A stretch of 63,601 bases of DNA, counting the filler, from Choristocarpus tenellus KU-1152 (taxonomy: Eukaryota > Protista > Phaeophyceae): assembly GCA_964200185.2 (NCBI GenBank). It is 12 parts of 12 records of this genome, joined end to end, with 100 filler letters (N's around TTAATTAATTAA, not from the genome) between each part and the next. Parts side by side here need not be neighbours in the genome. Positions count along the whole stretch, not along the records: positions 9,468 to 14,050 come from CAXNAD020013914.1; positions 14,151 to 17,611 come from CAXNAD020019882.1; positions 17,712 to 24,472 come from CAXNAD020007407.1; 9 more parts are not named here. The stretch is one strand, 5' to 3'. Positions 10,314-23,150 of the stretch are shown one piece after another. The position numbers and the translations under genes are program-made. The notes beneath the pieces are model-generated. The model was not told the origin of the DNA. It ran no database searches and was given only the letters and a program-made list of their open reading frames with translations. Each line of letters begins with the position of its first letter. The first letter of the stretch is position 1.

Positions 10314-12951
10314 CATCTTGAAGTGCAATCAAAACCTGAGGTAGGCTGTTTTGTACTTCAATCAGGCGATGGCATCTACTTTCGAATTTCAACATAGGAG
10401 AGAGAGGAGCACACAGGAGACAAACTAGTGCCGGTAGTTCACTCCTTACGAACCAAAGTACCTTAGGGTTAGGGTAGTTACCTTAGAGGGTAGTACCTTA
10501 GAGGGTAGTTAGTACCTTAGAGGGTAGATCTGTGTCCGTTTGGGGGCCAAAATCCAATGTTGTGACTTTGATGTAATCTTGGCTATCGTGTTTGTTTGGA
10601 AGTGTCAATATCCTTGTTCCGGACACACCTCTTCATAACGTACACATTTTACCTACTCCGAAACATTTCAGAGTAGTTAAAATGTCATTAAGAAAAACAC
10701 CAGTGGGTAGTCAAGCCCCAAACGGCCAAACAGGGCAAAACTCGTACCCTAACCCTAACATACTTTCACTCTCACGCCACACCTCTACAACCAACCCTAA
10801 CCAATTGAGTTCCACAAATACAGCAGTGATGCATTGGTATATGCAAAAGAGGTGGAAATGTGCTGAACACTTCAGGTCTTAGTGATCTAAAGTAGTTGGA
10901 GATCTAAAGTAGTTGGAGTGTACCTACAAGCAGTGCTGTTCAAGAAGGACAGCCACTGACTCGACTGCTGTTCTTTCAGGCCCCACACACAACTAATAAA
11001 AACAAACAAGAAGCGTATGCAGTGCTTTGTAGGAAAAAACAAAAACAAAAAAATGAAACAACATCCCAAACACTTCTCATGTCTACTTCTTCGTCCCTTC
11101 CTACACCAATTCCCTCCCGTAGCGCTCTACCTAGGAGTAGAATGCAGCTGACAATTATATAAATATTAAAATATGAACAGGAATGCGATATATTTCTAAA
11201 TGATATCCTGAATTTAAAAAAAAAAAAACTCTTTAAGTTTCCTTCCCTGTGGTAGCAGAGTGCCCCCGACTGAAAAGTTCATTTTGATGAGGAGGCTGTT
11301 CTTGGAACAAGACCTAATGTGGTTTTGAAAGACACTTCCATATGTTGGTTACACTCACCTGAACCTGTCCAACAGCAAAGGGAAGCAAGCTGAGCATGCA
11401 GAAGATGGCCTGGTGAACCATGCTGGGAGGCGGAGACGATAGGAAATGAGAAGTGTTAGGGAACATAGTCAGGCGCTATTACAATAGAGACTGAAGAGGC
11501 ACAGCAAGGGGGAATGGAGGGTGCTTTGAAGGCCTTTGAAGGTTGCACTTTTTGTCTGATCGAATACCGCATGTTTGTACCTCCCTTTCCGAGGCACACG
11601 AAACAAAAGGAGAAAATCTTGGACTAGATCGAAATGGCAAGACCGGTTCTCAAAGCAATGGTGTTAAAATGCTCTTGTTTGAGACTGCGCTTTTCTGGAT
11701 GTCCCCGAAGTTTACGGTAGGGGTGAATATTGAAACAGTTGCACCAAACAAACACTTGGTGTGTATTGTGAGGAACATTTACCCTTTTCTCTTGCGCGTC
11801 GCATGGCTGCTAAGAGCCCCGGCTAGCATAGCATATTTTGCTTGGCTTTCCGGGTCATTTCTGAAGGTGCTCACTCACTTCGCATCATGGGACTCCGGAC
11901 GTTCACCAAAACGAAGCACCCAAGGGCTCATCATCCTTGTCTGCGATAAAGAATTTTCGCCAACCAATGAACACTTCCCCGCCGAACCTTTCTATCTCTG
12001 TTTTTACTGCGTGGTCTGATAGGCGACAATGTACTTTTTCTCTTCAGATGCGCACGTAATGTCGAGGCACTTTGAGGCACAAGAAAGAAACACATTGCAC
12101 AATGTACTCTGTAGTATATATTGCCCATCGCAACTCTATTTACATGTCATCCAAAGAGTAATTGTGGTATCATCTGCCTTGCCCACCTTGCCATGGAGCA
12201 CTTGTATCAACTGCACTACTACTCAGAGTGTCGAAACAAATATCACCTTGACACATCGCAGAGGCGCCAGTAGATACTATGACAACAATTTACGTAACCG
12301 TACCTGCTGAAAAGGATGAGCTTGGCCAGGGCAGGCATGAACGGGGCGTAGATTTGATGTCTTGAACGAAAAATGCCGTGGTGGGAGTTGGGATACACTT
12401 GTGGTGAGTAAAGGAAGAATTGAATTAAAATATGTGCAGGAAACTCATTGTTTGCGATGTCTAGTCTCCAATTCCCGTTTTAGAAATTAATGTCTTCGTG
12501 CGGATCTTTCACTTGCAAGTCCATAGGACAGGTACAGTAGTTTGGTCAAAGGATTCAGGTTTCATAGTAACTCCTCCTCTACTCCGAGTTAAAATTATCA
12601 TTTCCATGTCAATGCGAGATATTGCGTTTGCCGCCAACCAACTCATGTGTTAGCAAACCGGGGAAGGTCCCACCTGAAAATTATTGAAGCATATCCATAG
12701 AAGCAAGGAATAGCTAGTGTTGCATTGATAAGACCGTAGATGAAAGATCCCATCCAATCTTGTTTCTTATCTCGCGGACTCCCGTCTCCTCCACCCTCAT
12801 CTAAAGCCCCCTGCCGCCTGCCATCCCCATTTGACCCTTGCCCATCATCATCATCATCATCACACTTATTGAATGGAGTGCAATGGTGGGATGATCTCAA
12901 AGAGTCAACGAGAGGCTCCATCGGCTCTCCTCTGCCAGCAACAACGTCAAA
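9468..12951 (-). CDS. SulP/SLC26-family anion transporter-like protein, partial; exons ~12951-12674 (5' edge uncertain), 12360-12304, 11422-11359, 9531-9468 (contig edge)
   Basis: GT-AG introns with consistent phases give GSFIYGLINATLAIPCFYGYASIIFR-HQIYAPFMPALAKLILFSS-MVHQAIFCMLSLLPFAVGQVQ-DSGLVFLSKIATDVA, a SulP-type N-terminal transmembrane region. Confidence 0.8.
10450..10771 (+). mobile_element. MITE family A, intronic copy with telomere-converted and locally amplified TIRs
   Basis: Internal sequence matches the copies at 29206, 48818 and 63044. Flanks ttac/tcac. Confidence 0.9.
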
Positions 12952-13302
12952 CTGTAATGACTCGTTCGATCGTCTAGTTTCTCACCACACTTGCCTTGAC
13001 TAGACCCTCGTCACAACGACGTTAGTGGTGAAACGAATTAAGCTGCTTAATGGGTCTGAACTCAATTCTATCTGAAGGGGTAACAATATAACTCAAGACA
13101 AAATCTGGAGATCTACGAATTTAATATAGAATAGGGGTCTTATGATATTGAACCGTTCTATTGATATTGAACCGTTCTATTGATATTGAACCACCTTTTC
13201 TCCTCATACATTTCCAAAATGTCCGACAACATAATATTACATACAGAACAGAACAATCACCAATCTGGAAAATGTCAGAAGGCATAATAATATAATCACC
13301 AA

Positions 13303-13790
13303 GTTATAACCTCAACCTCCACGGTGGGAAGTTTGGGTGCCTCGGTAAGCAAGGGGAAAGTTTTCTGGAGGAGTTGGTTATGGACGGGGTAGGGGGGAGA
13401 GGGGCAGGAAGCTGGAGCAGGAAAGGGGCTGTAAAATCCCGTCTGTGACAGATAGTGTCTGTCACAACACAAGGAGCTCTATCTAGACGTGCCATGCGTT
13501 TTAACCTGGAGACACCACGGAGATGGGCAAGGAGGGGCTTGTTAGATTCTTGGGATGTTTCCCTAGGTCCTCAACTTGCAGGTGTAGGACTAAGGTAGGT
13601 TGGAGGCACAGGAAGGCAACGGTGTACCATAGCTGATAGTAAAATAGAAAATAGATGATAGAAATATGTCTTTCACATCTACAACTCTTTTGGGGGGGTT
13701 CTGACATTTGGATGGTTTTTCATTAGTCCTTCCCCTGACATTTTGGAGATGTGTCAGAAGAAAAACTAATGAAAAGTGAATCAAATATCA
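13303..13790 (+). mobile_element. CRE-like retroposon 3' fragment (copy 3), fused tail-to-tail with an inverted tail
   Basis: Matches copies 1 and 2 from gttataacctcaac and switches strand at ctgaca (~13735-13740). A separate tail precedes it at 13262-13295. Confidence 0.85.
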
Positions 13791-13956
13791 GAACAACACC
13801 AATCATTGATGTGAAAAGCAGGGGTGTCTGTTAACATGTTATTGTCATAATATGGTATATACTGCCATACCGTTTGAGGTTCGTTGTGATAAATACGCAA
13901 TTCCAGGTGAGAGCCTTGGAAAAATTGGAGTGGGGAATTTTGTGGAAGAAACCAAT

Positions 13957-14050
13957 GACTCAAAGTATCTGCGGGAGGTGGCGGCTGTCCATTCGGGGTC
14001 AATTTTTTTCATGTCGCGATTTTGGGGTGATTTGGTTGCATACGTCGGAT
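13957..14050 (+). mobile_element. MITE family B, truncated by contig end
   Basis: gactcaaagtatctgcgggaggtggcggctgtccattc... Confidence 0.85.
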
Positions 14051-14150
14051 NNNNNNNNNNNNNNNNNNNNNNNNNNNNNNNNNNNNNNNNNNNNTTAATT
14101 AATTAANNNNNNNNNNNNNNNNNNNNNNNNNNNNNNNNNNNNNNNNNNNN

Positions 14151-14227
14151 ATTAAAAAACCCACTGGAAGCCAAGTCCCAAATGGACAAACAGGGCAAAA
14201 CTCGTACCCTCTAAGATACTTTCACTC
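14151..14227 (+). mobile_element. MITE family A right end at contig start
   Basis: ...cagggcaaaactcgtaccctctaagatactttcactc. Confidence 0.9.
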
Positions 14228-14468
14228 AGTCGTCTGTGTTCCAACCAAAACGTAAGATACTCTCTAAGTAGACAAGCTTTCCCAACAGTACAATTTCCTT
14301 CTGTAAGCAACTCTGATGCTCTGCATAAAAATCATTAAGACAACATCAATCCCATCCATATTGTCTTTCTATCTTTCCTTTATTTCCTTATGCCCATAGA
14401 ACTTCCTCAACCTTTGTTAGCAATCCCTAATGTTCTCCTCGACCTCTTCCTTCCTGAACTATGAGCCC

Positions 14469-14695
14469 TGTTAAGCTGTCCTTGATGATCTGTTGTCCCA
14501 CACAACCAGTTATATTATTGTTTATTAGCTTGTATCACAGATGAGAAGAAAGTGAGACACCATCACCAGATGGGGCTCACCAAACCTTACAGTGAAAGAC
14601 TCAGAATACCAAATGACTCAACAGTTCTCTAGCACACGTCAGAAACACTCTGACTCTAACATTCCGCCAATGTCTTCTGGCCAAATACCTCGACT
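14469..14695. mobile_element. Partial LTR, same family as the solo LTR at 4192
   Basis: Collinear with 4192-~4415 from tgttaagctgt to caaatacc. Confidence 0.85.
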
Positions 14696-14698
14696 ATT

Positions 14699-14936
14699 GA
14701 CCGCAGGACCAACCACCTGATCCCACACTTCCAGGCTGACAGCAGGACTAACCACAAGGTCTAAAACCTTTAGACGTACTATAGGACCAACCAAAGGGTT
14801 CAACATATCTGGACTTACAGCAGGATCAATCACAGGGTCCAAAACCTCCAGATGAGTTGTAGGATCAACGTTTGGGTTCAATATATCTGAACTGATTGTG
14901 GGTCAACCATACAGGATCCAAAAACGTCTAGACTAA
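14699..14936. repeat. Degenerate 39-bp minisatellite, ~6 units
   Basis: Units such as gacagcaggactaaccacaaggtctaaaacctttagacg; 13-aa periodicity in minus-strand ORF 14639-14881. Confidence 0.8.
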
Positions 14937-15099
14937 CTGAACTCATCTCAGGTCACCACGATTGAGCGGGGAAATATATTATTACTATTTTCACCTGATT
15001 CCACCTGGAACTGAACTGAGTCCGGTCAATATATGGGACCCCTCAGGGTATCCGAAGTCCATTCCTCCTGGACAGGATTTTTCTCATCTTATACTTCCT

Positions 15100-16300
15100 C
15101 GTGGTACAGTTGGCCCTGCAACATAAACGGACCCCGTATGCCTAGGTTTTCCGTTTCTTGAAAAAGATTGTGCAGTTAGAAATGAGGTGCCACTCCCCAC
15201 AATTGCTGTCCCTTGCGGCTTCATGTTTACCTTCTCCATACTTAGCATAAGCCCCCCCTACACTTCCCGTTCCACTATTGTTAGAGACCCTTCCTCCTAA
15301 TCCTCCTCCCCCGTGACCAGTCCCCCCTATTCCTACCCACCCAAACCCTCCACTCCTTGATAATTCACTTGCTCCTTGCAAGGTCTCCTCCTTCACTCCA
15401 CAGGCTCCGCAGCACGAGAAAAATAACAGGGCTTTTTCGGTTCCGTCAGAAAAGGGCATCATGTCTTGCTCCAATTCAACACGATCTAACGTTCTTCCTA
15501 GGCTGTAGCCTAACTCTCTCTCTCTCTCTGAACCTTCAACCCCTTGGCTTCTCCTTCTGCCATCAAACTCAGATGATGAGCACCCAAACCATTGACTTCT
15601 CGGAGTAAATCACCTCCACTCTAGCAAAAAGAGGGGTAGGGGTGGACATAGCTGTCCCTATTGGACTCTTCAAGTCTCTAGCTTTGAGGGATAGTTCGTT
15701 TCACCACTTCTCCAAATCATTAGTCGATGCAACCTCGAAGGTACTACCAGCCAAGGAGAAATCTTGTCACAAGGTACTTGAATGACTCATAAAATAATTA
15801 CGGACAGTATTGTACAACGCCATAATTGGTATGATAACTTGCTGGGCCGACCTCTTGGCCTCATCGTATCCCTTAAGTTGTGCAGAAGCATCACTACGGC
15901 GTCTGTCATCGTAGATAGCTGATCTACTGGTGAAAAACTGAAGCGGACCCCTTTCCCCGGTTCTCTTAGGACAAATACTGTAAACTACAACTCTACCACG
16001 GCGGAGATCTTATTTGCTATCCGATCTGAGACAAAGCATCCATCTCCCAAGAGTTCTTGTGCAAATACATCCAAGCCATTTTGGTTCGAAAGGCAATTCT
16101 TTCGGAACACCTCTGCACAACACTGCCAGCCTGAGATATCCATGCGAAACCAAAGCTTCCCTTCCTCTTTGGTCCGTACCTTTCTTAACGCTTCCACTGT
16201 ATTGTTGTCTATTGTAACTAGGTCATCGTGTGAGCTCAATGCTCCTCCTGGCCTTCCATTGGCGTGCAAGGTACTTCTACCAGGTGTTTGAGATGGCTCA
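15100..16300 (-). pseudogene. Probable degenerate gag-like region of an LTR element
   Basis: Gly-rich stretch followed by knuckle-like SNCGEWHLISNC, many stops, adjacent to the LTR. Confidence 0.4.
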
Positions 16301-17179
16301 AAATGTGTCCAATGTCGGCGAGGTTTCCGTTCAGATACGTGACATTTCTATTAGTTAAATCTCCATTAGCTCCCTCCACAACTAGGAGCCTTTCTCCCAT
16401 CTCAAGAACCATGTTTATACCGATCCTTCATCGCTCACCTTGATAGCTAGCTGGTCTCTACCCCTTCGTTTCGATGTCTTGAATGCGTTTCCATCACCTT
16501 GATTTAGTTTGTTCGACTTCAGGACTCTACCTTCCCTCACCTTCTCCCTCTCCTATCTGGTAATCTATTCCTACCCCATCACCAACCTCTCTTTTCTAAT
16601 CCCTCCACTTCCTACCCCATCTCTCAATATATTCTGTGTTAACACGTTATAACTTCAACTCAAATATATAACGTCACACATTTAAATCCAACCATCACAA
16701 ACTTTCTTCTGTTCAATTAACATTTTCACTAGAGTGTCCAACAGCGATAAGAAAATCCACTACGAAAATCACTAGTGATTGCGCGAATGAAATTCACTAT
16801 CAAAAAGAAAAAATGGAGAAGACAAGAAATGCCATCTTAAGGTGACGGGCAAATTCAAGTCATCTTCAACTTAATGAATGGCACGTTGTGACCAAAGAGC
16901 AGTCTGCCGTAGCCCGTGTTACCTTCCGTCTATTTCGATCCTTCCCTAGACATGCCTCTCTTATAGTCAACACCATGGCCTCAGAGATGTATGCCCGTGG
17001 AGCCTTTGCCAGGTCAGGCTTGAAAAATGCATCTGCCATGGACGTGGAAGCATCCAGGTCAACCGTGCCCAGATTCCAATGTCCCATGCCGCAGGAAGAC
17101 CCCCTGCCTTCCCCGATGGCACCTGCCTAGAACAGTCAGGGTTCTGGGTCTCCCAATACTGGTGCCATGAACCGTGGCT

Positions 17180-17611
17180 GCAAGAACTGTATGGTATGGG
17201 GCATCGATGCGTGGATCAAGCTCATGAAGCAAGTAAGTCACAGAAAATAAGAGTGCTTACACGTCAACTTGCACAACGCTAGCCAAACTCTTGGAGCCGT
17301 GAAATACTGCACTTCCTTATCCCCTTTGTGGCTTTGCACAGGTTGCGCATGATAAGTCACACTTGAATGTCCACGGGCAGCAAGGTGATGCGTGGGAGGG
17401 TGTTGCTACAGGCTCATCCACGAGGCTCCCTTCGCTCTGGCGGGTGTCAACGGCGAGGGGTGCAACCGTCAGTACAGGAAGCTGGCCACAATGTTCAAGA
17501 AATACAAGGAGGACGAAGAATGTGAGGTGATGCGTGGGGGGGTAGAGCGGCAGAGCGCCGTGAAGGGACTGAGTGCGGATCGGGGGGGGCCACGGGTGAT
17601 GCGAGCAACAG
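17180..17611 (+). pseudogene. Possible Myb/SANT-like (trihelix) domain fragments, possibly transposon-derived
   Basis: AWIKLMKQ|gtaagt followed by LIHEAPFALAGVNGEGCNRQYRKL..FKKY resembles W..L...C...YxKL spacing. An upstream in-frame stop is present. Confidence 0.3.
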
Positions 17612-17830
17612 NNNNNNNNNNNNNNNNNNNNNNNNNNNNNNNNNNNNNNNNNNNNTTAATTAATTAANNNNNNNNNNNNNNNNNNNNNNNNNNNNNNNNN
17701 NNNNNNNNNNNCCTCCGATACCCTTCAAGAGAGGCGGAACAGTTTCTGCTGCTCAGCGAGAAAAAAAGTGAGACCCCTTCAGAACAAAAAAAAAAAAAGG
17801 AAAAAAAACAATTCTGCAAACGACCCCTAG

Positions 17831-17872
<42 letters not shown>

Positions 17873-18762
17873 AAAAAAAACCCAAAAAAAAAAAAAAAAA
17901 AAAAAAAAGGGATATCCCCGAACAGGTTCAACCTCAGGCACTGCAGAACTGTGGCACCAAGGAGAATGCCTGCAATGAAGGTATAACTGCCTAGGGATAA
18001 ACAACAGCAAAAAAAAAAACACTGCTGAAAACGCCCAGAAAGAAACGAGAGAGAATTGGTCCGGGCCTTCATAATCCACACAATCAAGGGTTAGGGTTAA
18101 GGCAATGCACTTTTTTTTCGGCAGATGAAAATTAAGTTAGTTGCTGTTGCAGTCCTCAACGAAAAAACAAACAGAGGCACCAACCCAAACGCCTTCCTGC
18201 TTTCCTGTGAAAAAAAAAGCTTCAGAATATATGGGTTTATTTTTTTGCGATTTAGTGTCCTGAACAACCGCACTGGTGGTGGTTTCTCTCGGAGCTCTGG
18301 GCCGCCACCAACTTCGTAGCACAACAACGCAGGGGAGAGGCACTGATAGCCCAAGAGCAAATGCGATCAACCCCAGAGCGAGAACGCCGCGTGAGTAACA
18401 AGTGGCACCACCTTGCCTACGTAACTCCTACCAGAATCCAATCTAAAACAAGAACAGAAAGAACTCTGTGTTTTCCCCCAAAACATCCTCAGATTAATAA
18501 TTTGTATAACGGAGACAGCCAAACTGTCCAAGTTAAAAGTGGCAACAGGGTTTGCACTTACACCCCCCAAATCATCATCCAAGCTGAGTATACACAACTG
18601 TAGCCGTGGAAGCAGCTACAGGGTGCTCCCATAGCCCGAAAACCAATCTTAAGCTGTTTTCTCACTAGAACAGTGATGCTCCACCATCACCAACGACTAA
18701 TTATGAAACGGAAAGGATCACCACCGCCACCATATCTATACAATCACACACAGACATTAGTT

Positions 18763-18822
<60 letters not shown>

Positions 18823-18914
18823 GTTTCACAGAAGCCAGAGATCACAACAGCACAACATTTCTACTTCTCCATTACTAAAACCTCCAAATCCACAACCACG
18901 CGCAAGCTCCTCAC

Positions 18915-20730
18915 CTCCAGGACATCAGTGGCCTTCTCTGCAACAATACCACCAAACGCGATCAAAATATCAGCACGCCTCTTTTCCCACCCTGCCCAAT
19001 CTCTCTCCTGTCCTCTGTGGGAATGCTTCTGAGAGTGAGGAAAGATCCAGCAGGCTGTGAGTGAGCAGTAGCCCCTGCCTGTGGGTATCACAGCCTTACC
19101 GAAAGCATGCACGCAGGCGGAAGGAGCACGGGGGGAAGAGGGGTTGCGAGAGCTCTATCAGTAAAAGACGCGTGAGCAAACACTTGACTCTTCAAATGTT
19201 TACTCGAGGTGGGGATGGGATACTAACGCTACACTACTATATTACTAGAGCTCTATCAGTCATACAACAAACGAAGCGGTAGATATCGAAATTCGCAAAA
19301 GACTTGTGAATTAAATTCAAAATTAAATTATAAATTCACAGGTTGAAACCTCTCACCGATTCAGGGCTTGACTCCAAACACGACCATTGTGCTGTGTAGC
19401 CACTCCATCTTCCCCTCCCCTTCCTCCGAGGCTCCACTCTCTCCCTCTCTTCACCCCGCTTATTGTGCGTCTCCTCCTCCTCCTCCTCCTCCTCCTCCTC
19501 TACCTCTGTGATCTTCACAAGGAACAAAGAGTTTACCTCCCACCTGTATCCCGATAGCCTGAGATGGTGACGGTTTGGGTATGGAGTCACCGAAGAAGTT
19601 GACACCAACGTTAGTATCAATCAACTCAAAAGAAAAGTTTAGGAGGCGTGATCGAGTGGGAAGCAGGCGAGACGGCAAGAGAGGATGCAAGTTTGAAAAC
19701 ACGCAATGGATGTGCGACACTGTTGCTTCATACCAAAAAGCGGGCACACACACAAAAACAATGAGCAAGCAAGAGCAAAAGCACTCCAAGAGCTTGAGCA
19801 AACGGGCGAAATAAGGAGCTACAACGTGACTCAAAGATCAGGTTTCGTCAAAGGATGGCAATTTAGAAACATATTTTTTTTTTGGGGGGGGGGGAGTGCA
19901 TCAAGAGGGCAATTGGTCTATCCAGCTCTGGTGTGATGCCACAGGTGTGCAAGCACACACTGTGATCATCTCTCTCTAGTTGACCTGTGTGGTGTCTTTA
20001 AGGTCTAGGAGTCCGTGGAGGAGGGGGCATTTACCCCCTTTCCCTTCCCCGCCCTCCCCTCGAAAGGAACAATTCAGTATGATGCCATGGGTACGTTAGG
20101 CATGCATCGGAACATCTCAAATCAACCTATAATCATGCTCCAGGGATCCATTGCAAGCAGGAGAATCGAACGCGGGGTCATGAGGAGAATTAACTGACTT
20201 GTGTACAGTTCAAAATAATGTTGGACTATCAGTGAGAATTGAAAGATCGAGGAGAATGAAGAGGTGGGGGAGGGGGCGCATCCCACATACAGCCAGCCTG
20301 CAATGAGAGCAAATGTAAACACTCAGGATAAATACACATTTACCATAGAAAACAGCTAAAAGAACCTTCTCATTCAGAAAAGAGAATCTGCGACAATACT
20401 TCCACCCTTTCGAATACTCCTGTAACACCCAATGGTACTAGTTGCGTAGAATCTAGTGCACAGTAAACACAAAGTGACACTTAAAATGTGTCAACCTTCC
20501 ACCACAAGGTACCAAACTGTTCAGAGCACAGGAGGGTGAATTCCGTCCCTGAAGAGAAGGGCGGGGGAGGGGCCTGGGTGTGTGCAGGCACGTAAGTGTA
20601 TTTCTTACCTCAACCCTCCAAAGAGTGCAATGGTGTTGTCATCCACAGCCGCTGCTGCATGACCATACAGGGGCTCTAATGGCATCTCACCTACAGATTG
20701 AGCCCATTGGTGTACCAGGTTGCTGGGAAG
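18915..20730 (-). CDS. Kelch-repeat protein, partial; exons 20730-20609 and 19054-18915 (intervening exons unresolved)
   Basis: QWAQSVGEMPLEPLYGHAAAAVDDNTIALFGG and ACWIF..ILIAFGGIVAEKATDVLE, both bounded by cag and gt(a/g)ag. Confidence 0.6.
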
Positions 20731-20999
20731 CTGCAGAGGCAACAATACAAAAAAGGCAAGTAACAACAGCAAGTCATTTGCAGAGGATACCAGGCAACAA
20801 CACCTCGATGAAGTGTTTTGTGGTTCAATTGTGGTGGTGTGGGGAGTGCAGGGCAAGTGATGCACGCACGTTTGTCTTGTTGTGCATGTAAGTGCAGACA
20901 GTGCAGCAGTACACATTTCTATTTTGTAGTTAAAACAAACAGTAGTTAAAACAAACATTGCAGTACTGTTCATCGCTGCAGTGTCGATGATTTATCCCT

Positions 21000-23150
21000 G
21001 GGAGTTCCATCAAAAACACCTGCACTACTACAAAGGTAGCTGTGCATCTTAAAAGTGGCCTCAAAAGCGTAACCTCTCCTTAATGTGGTGATGAGCTGCA
21101 CCAGGGTTAATAACAGCAAACACTGCAACCAACTGACTCGAAGGGGTTGGGAATGTGCTCTGACCTCCAGAACACTATCCAAAGTAACATAGTGGGTAAC
21201 CAAAGATGATAAGGTGCCTTGAAGTAGTTATATCTGACATCTGTGCTTATCTTCTAAGCAGTCACACACCTACAGCGGCAGAGAGGAAACGAAAGCCTCC
21301 TCTGTAGGACAACAGTCTTGACCTAATTGTGTTGGATAGAAAGTACTACAACTGTACTGGCCATAAGAAATGGATGCCTCTCACTACAACACAATTGATC
21401 AACCCTGTCATATTCAATCTTCAAGAGTTTGTACACAACCGTAACATACTCCCCCTATTCAATGAGCACTGCATTGTGTTGGGGAGTAACAACCCACGTA
21501 CGTTGAACCAAAGTAGGTGTCGTTTTGCATTTTTCAATCACATCACACTGAGATAATATTACTGGTCTCAGTCTAACAATGTGAACCGACGAATCAGTTA
21601 CATATTGAACATCAGAAAAGAAACAGGACACTCATTAAATAGTAATAGACAATATAGTAATAGACAATATAGTAATAGACAATATAGTAATAGACAATAT
21701 TGAGTACTTTCAGTCCACGCAACAGGGCACTTTGGATCAAATCACAATATCACATCAACATAAATCATTGCACTACTAGTGAAGGTCCCTCAGCAGGCCC
21801 ATTGTCATTTCAATGTTGGCCTGACTGGAAAACACAAACTATTGAACCAACAGTTTCAGATTATCTTGAGAAAGTACAAGACACACACACTGTGCCTACG
21901 GCTTGTGTGACACAGTCAACAACTTCTCCTGTGGCATCCTTCTCACAGGTTTGAGCTCAGAATTCCCACAAGGATCGGCCAATTCTAGTTAAGCAAAAAC
22001 TGTCAATAGTTCCCACCCCACCTTTCTTGTGTTAAAGATCATCACATCGTTACAAACAATGTTCAGATCGGACCACCCGCAAATAGTGGCAACCACATCT
22101 CCATTGAGGAGCACAGCTGCACTGTGACTCTCCTGCTTCAACAGCTCAAACTCACTCAAAATAGATGGTTCACTCCAAATGATCTAATTTCAAGGGTCGG
22201 GTGTGTTTTGTGTTAAGACGAGCAGTTAAAACGTGCGCTATATTGTGACTTAAGTCTTACAAAAGTACCTGCTTAGTAGGTACTTGAAAAATGACGTATT
22301 TTCCTCCTTGAAATGTCTCTTTTCCACTACAAAGAGCAAGCACAAGTACATCAAGCTGCACATAGGGTAAACATGCGGTGGAGAGGATACAGGCCGAAAG
22401 TAGTCACATTTTCTATTGTAATTCCCTCACCTTCTGAAATTCATGGACCTCATGGGCCTCCCGATACGCCCTCCAGATGATCGACACCCTCCACCTAGGG
22501 TTTTTCTTCACCTCCCCTACACCGTCCTTGAGTCCTAGTTCGGCTGCGATATGCCGGGCCAATCGACCTCTTTCACCCGGCTATAGGGACGACGACGTGG
22601 AGGTCAGTAGGGTTCAAGGAAACATTGAGCATTGAAAAAAAGTGCCAGAGGCGTTGCCAGCCAAGAACTGCACTAGAAGTACAGTAGATGGGGTAGTTAC
22701 TGACACTAAAGAAACGCATCATACAGAGAAATGCACAAGGGCAGCTCAATGCCCCTGAAATACGCAATACGCACTGGGAAATCTTCCTTGTGATTGGGAG
22801 AGCACAAAAAAAGAGACGCGATGGTCCGGAAAGGACAGAGATCCCTCCACACAAGACGCCTAGGAGAACGGTGATATGGATCATTGCTCGGGCAGAGCAC
22901 CGACCTCAATGCGCAGTATAGCTCCCCAAAGTGGTCCTTCAGCAGTCAAAGTCTCGTGCATTTTCTTTGAAGTCCAGGCAAGGGTTGTGAGCTCGACAGG
23001 ACGTAAGTAAGAGAGGACAGGACACGGAAACTTCTCGAGCTCCTCCTCGGGGCGCCCCAAGGTCTTGATTAAACGCTGAAGGTCTCAGCATGGGCGATTG
23101 GAAGCGAGTTCTGTCGTGTTAGATGAATTGTGGTCCGCCACAGAGAGGAC
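21000..23150 (-). mobile_element. Highly degenerate Ty1/Copia-like gag-integrase relic
   Basis: Broken motifs TPQHNAV (cf. TPQQNGVAER), HLIIFGYP (cf. HLRVFGC), GPAEGPSL and HIAAE, in Copia order. Boundaries approximate. Confidence 0.45.
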
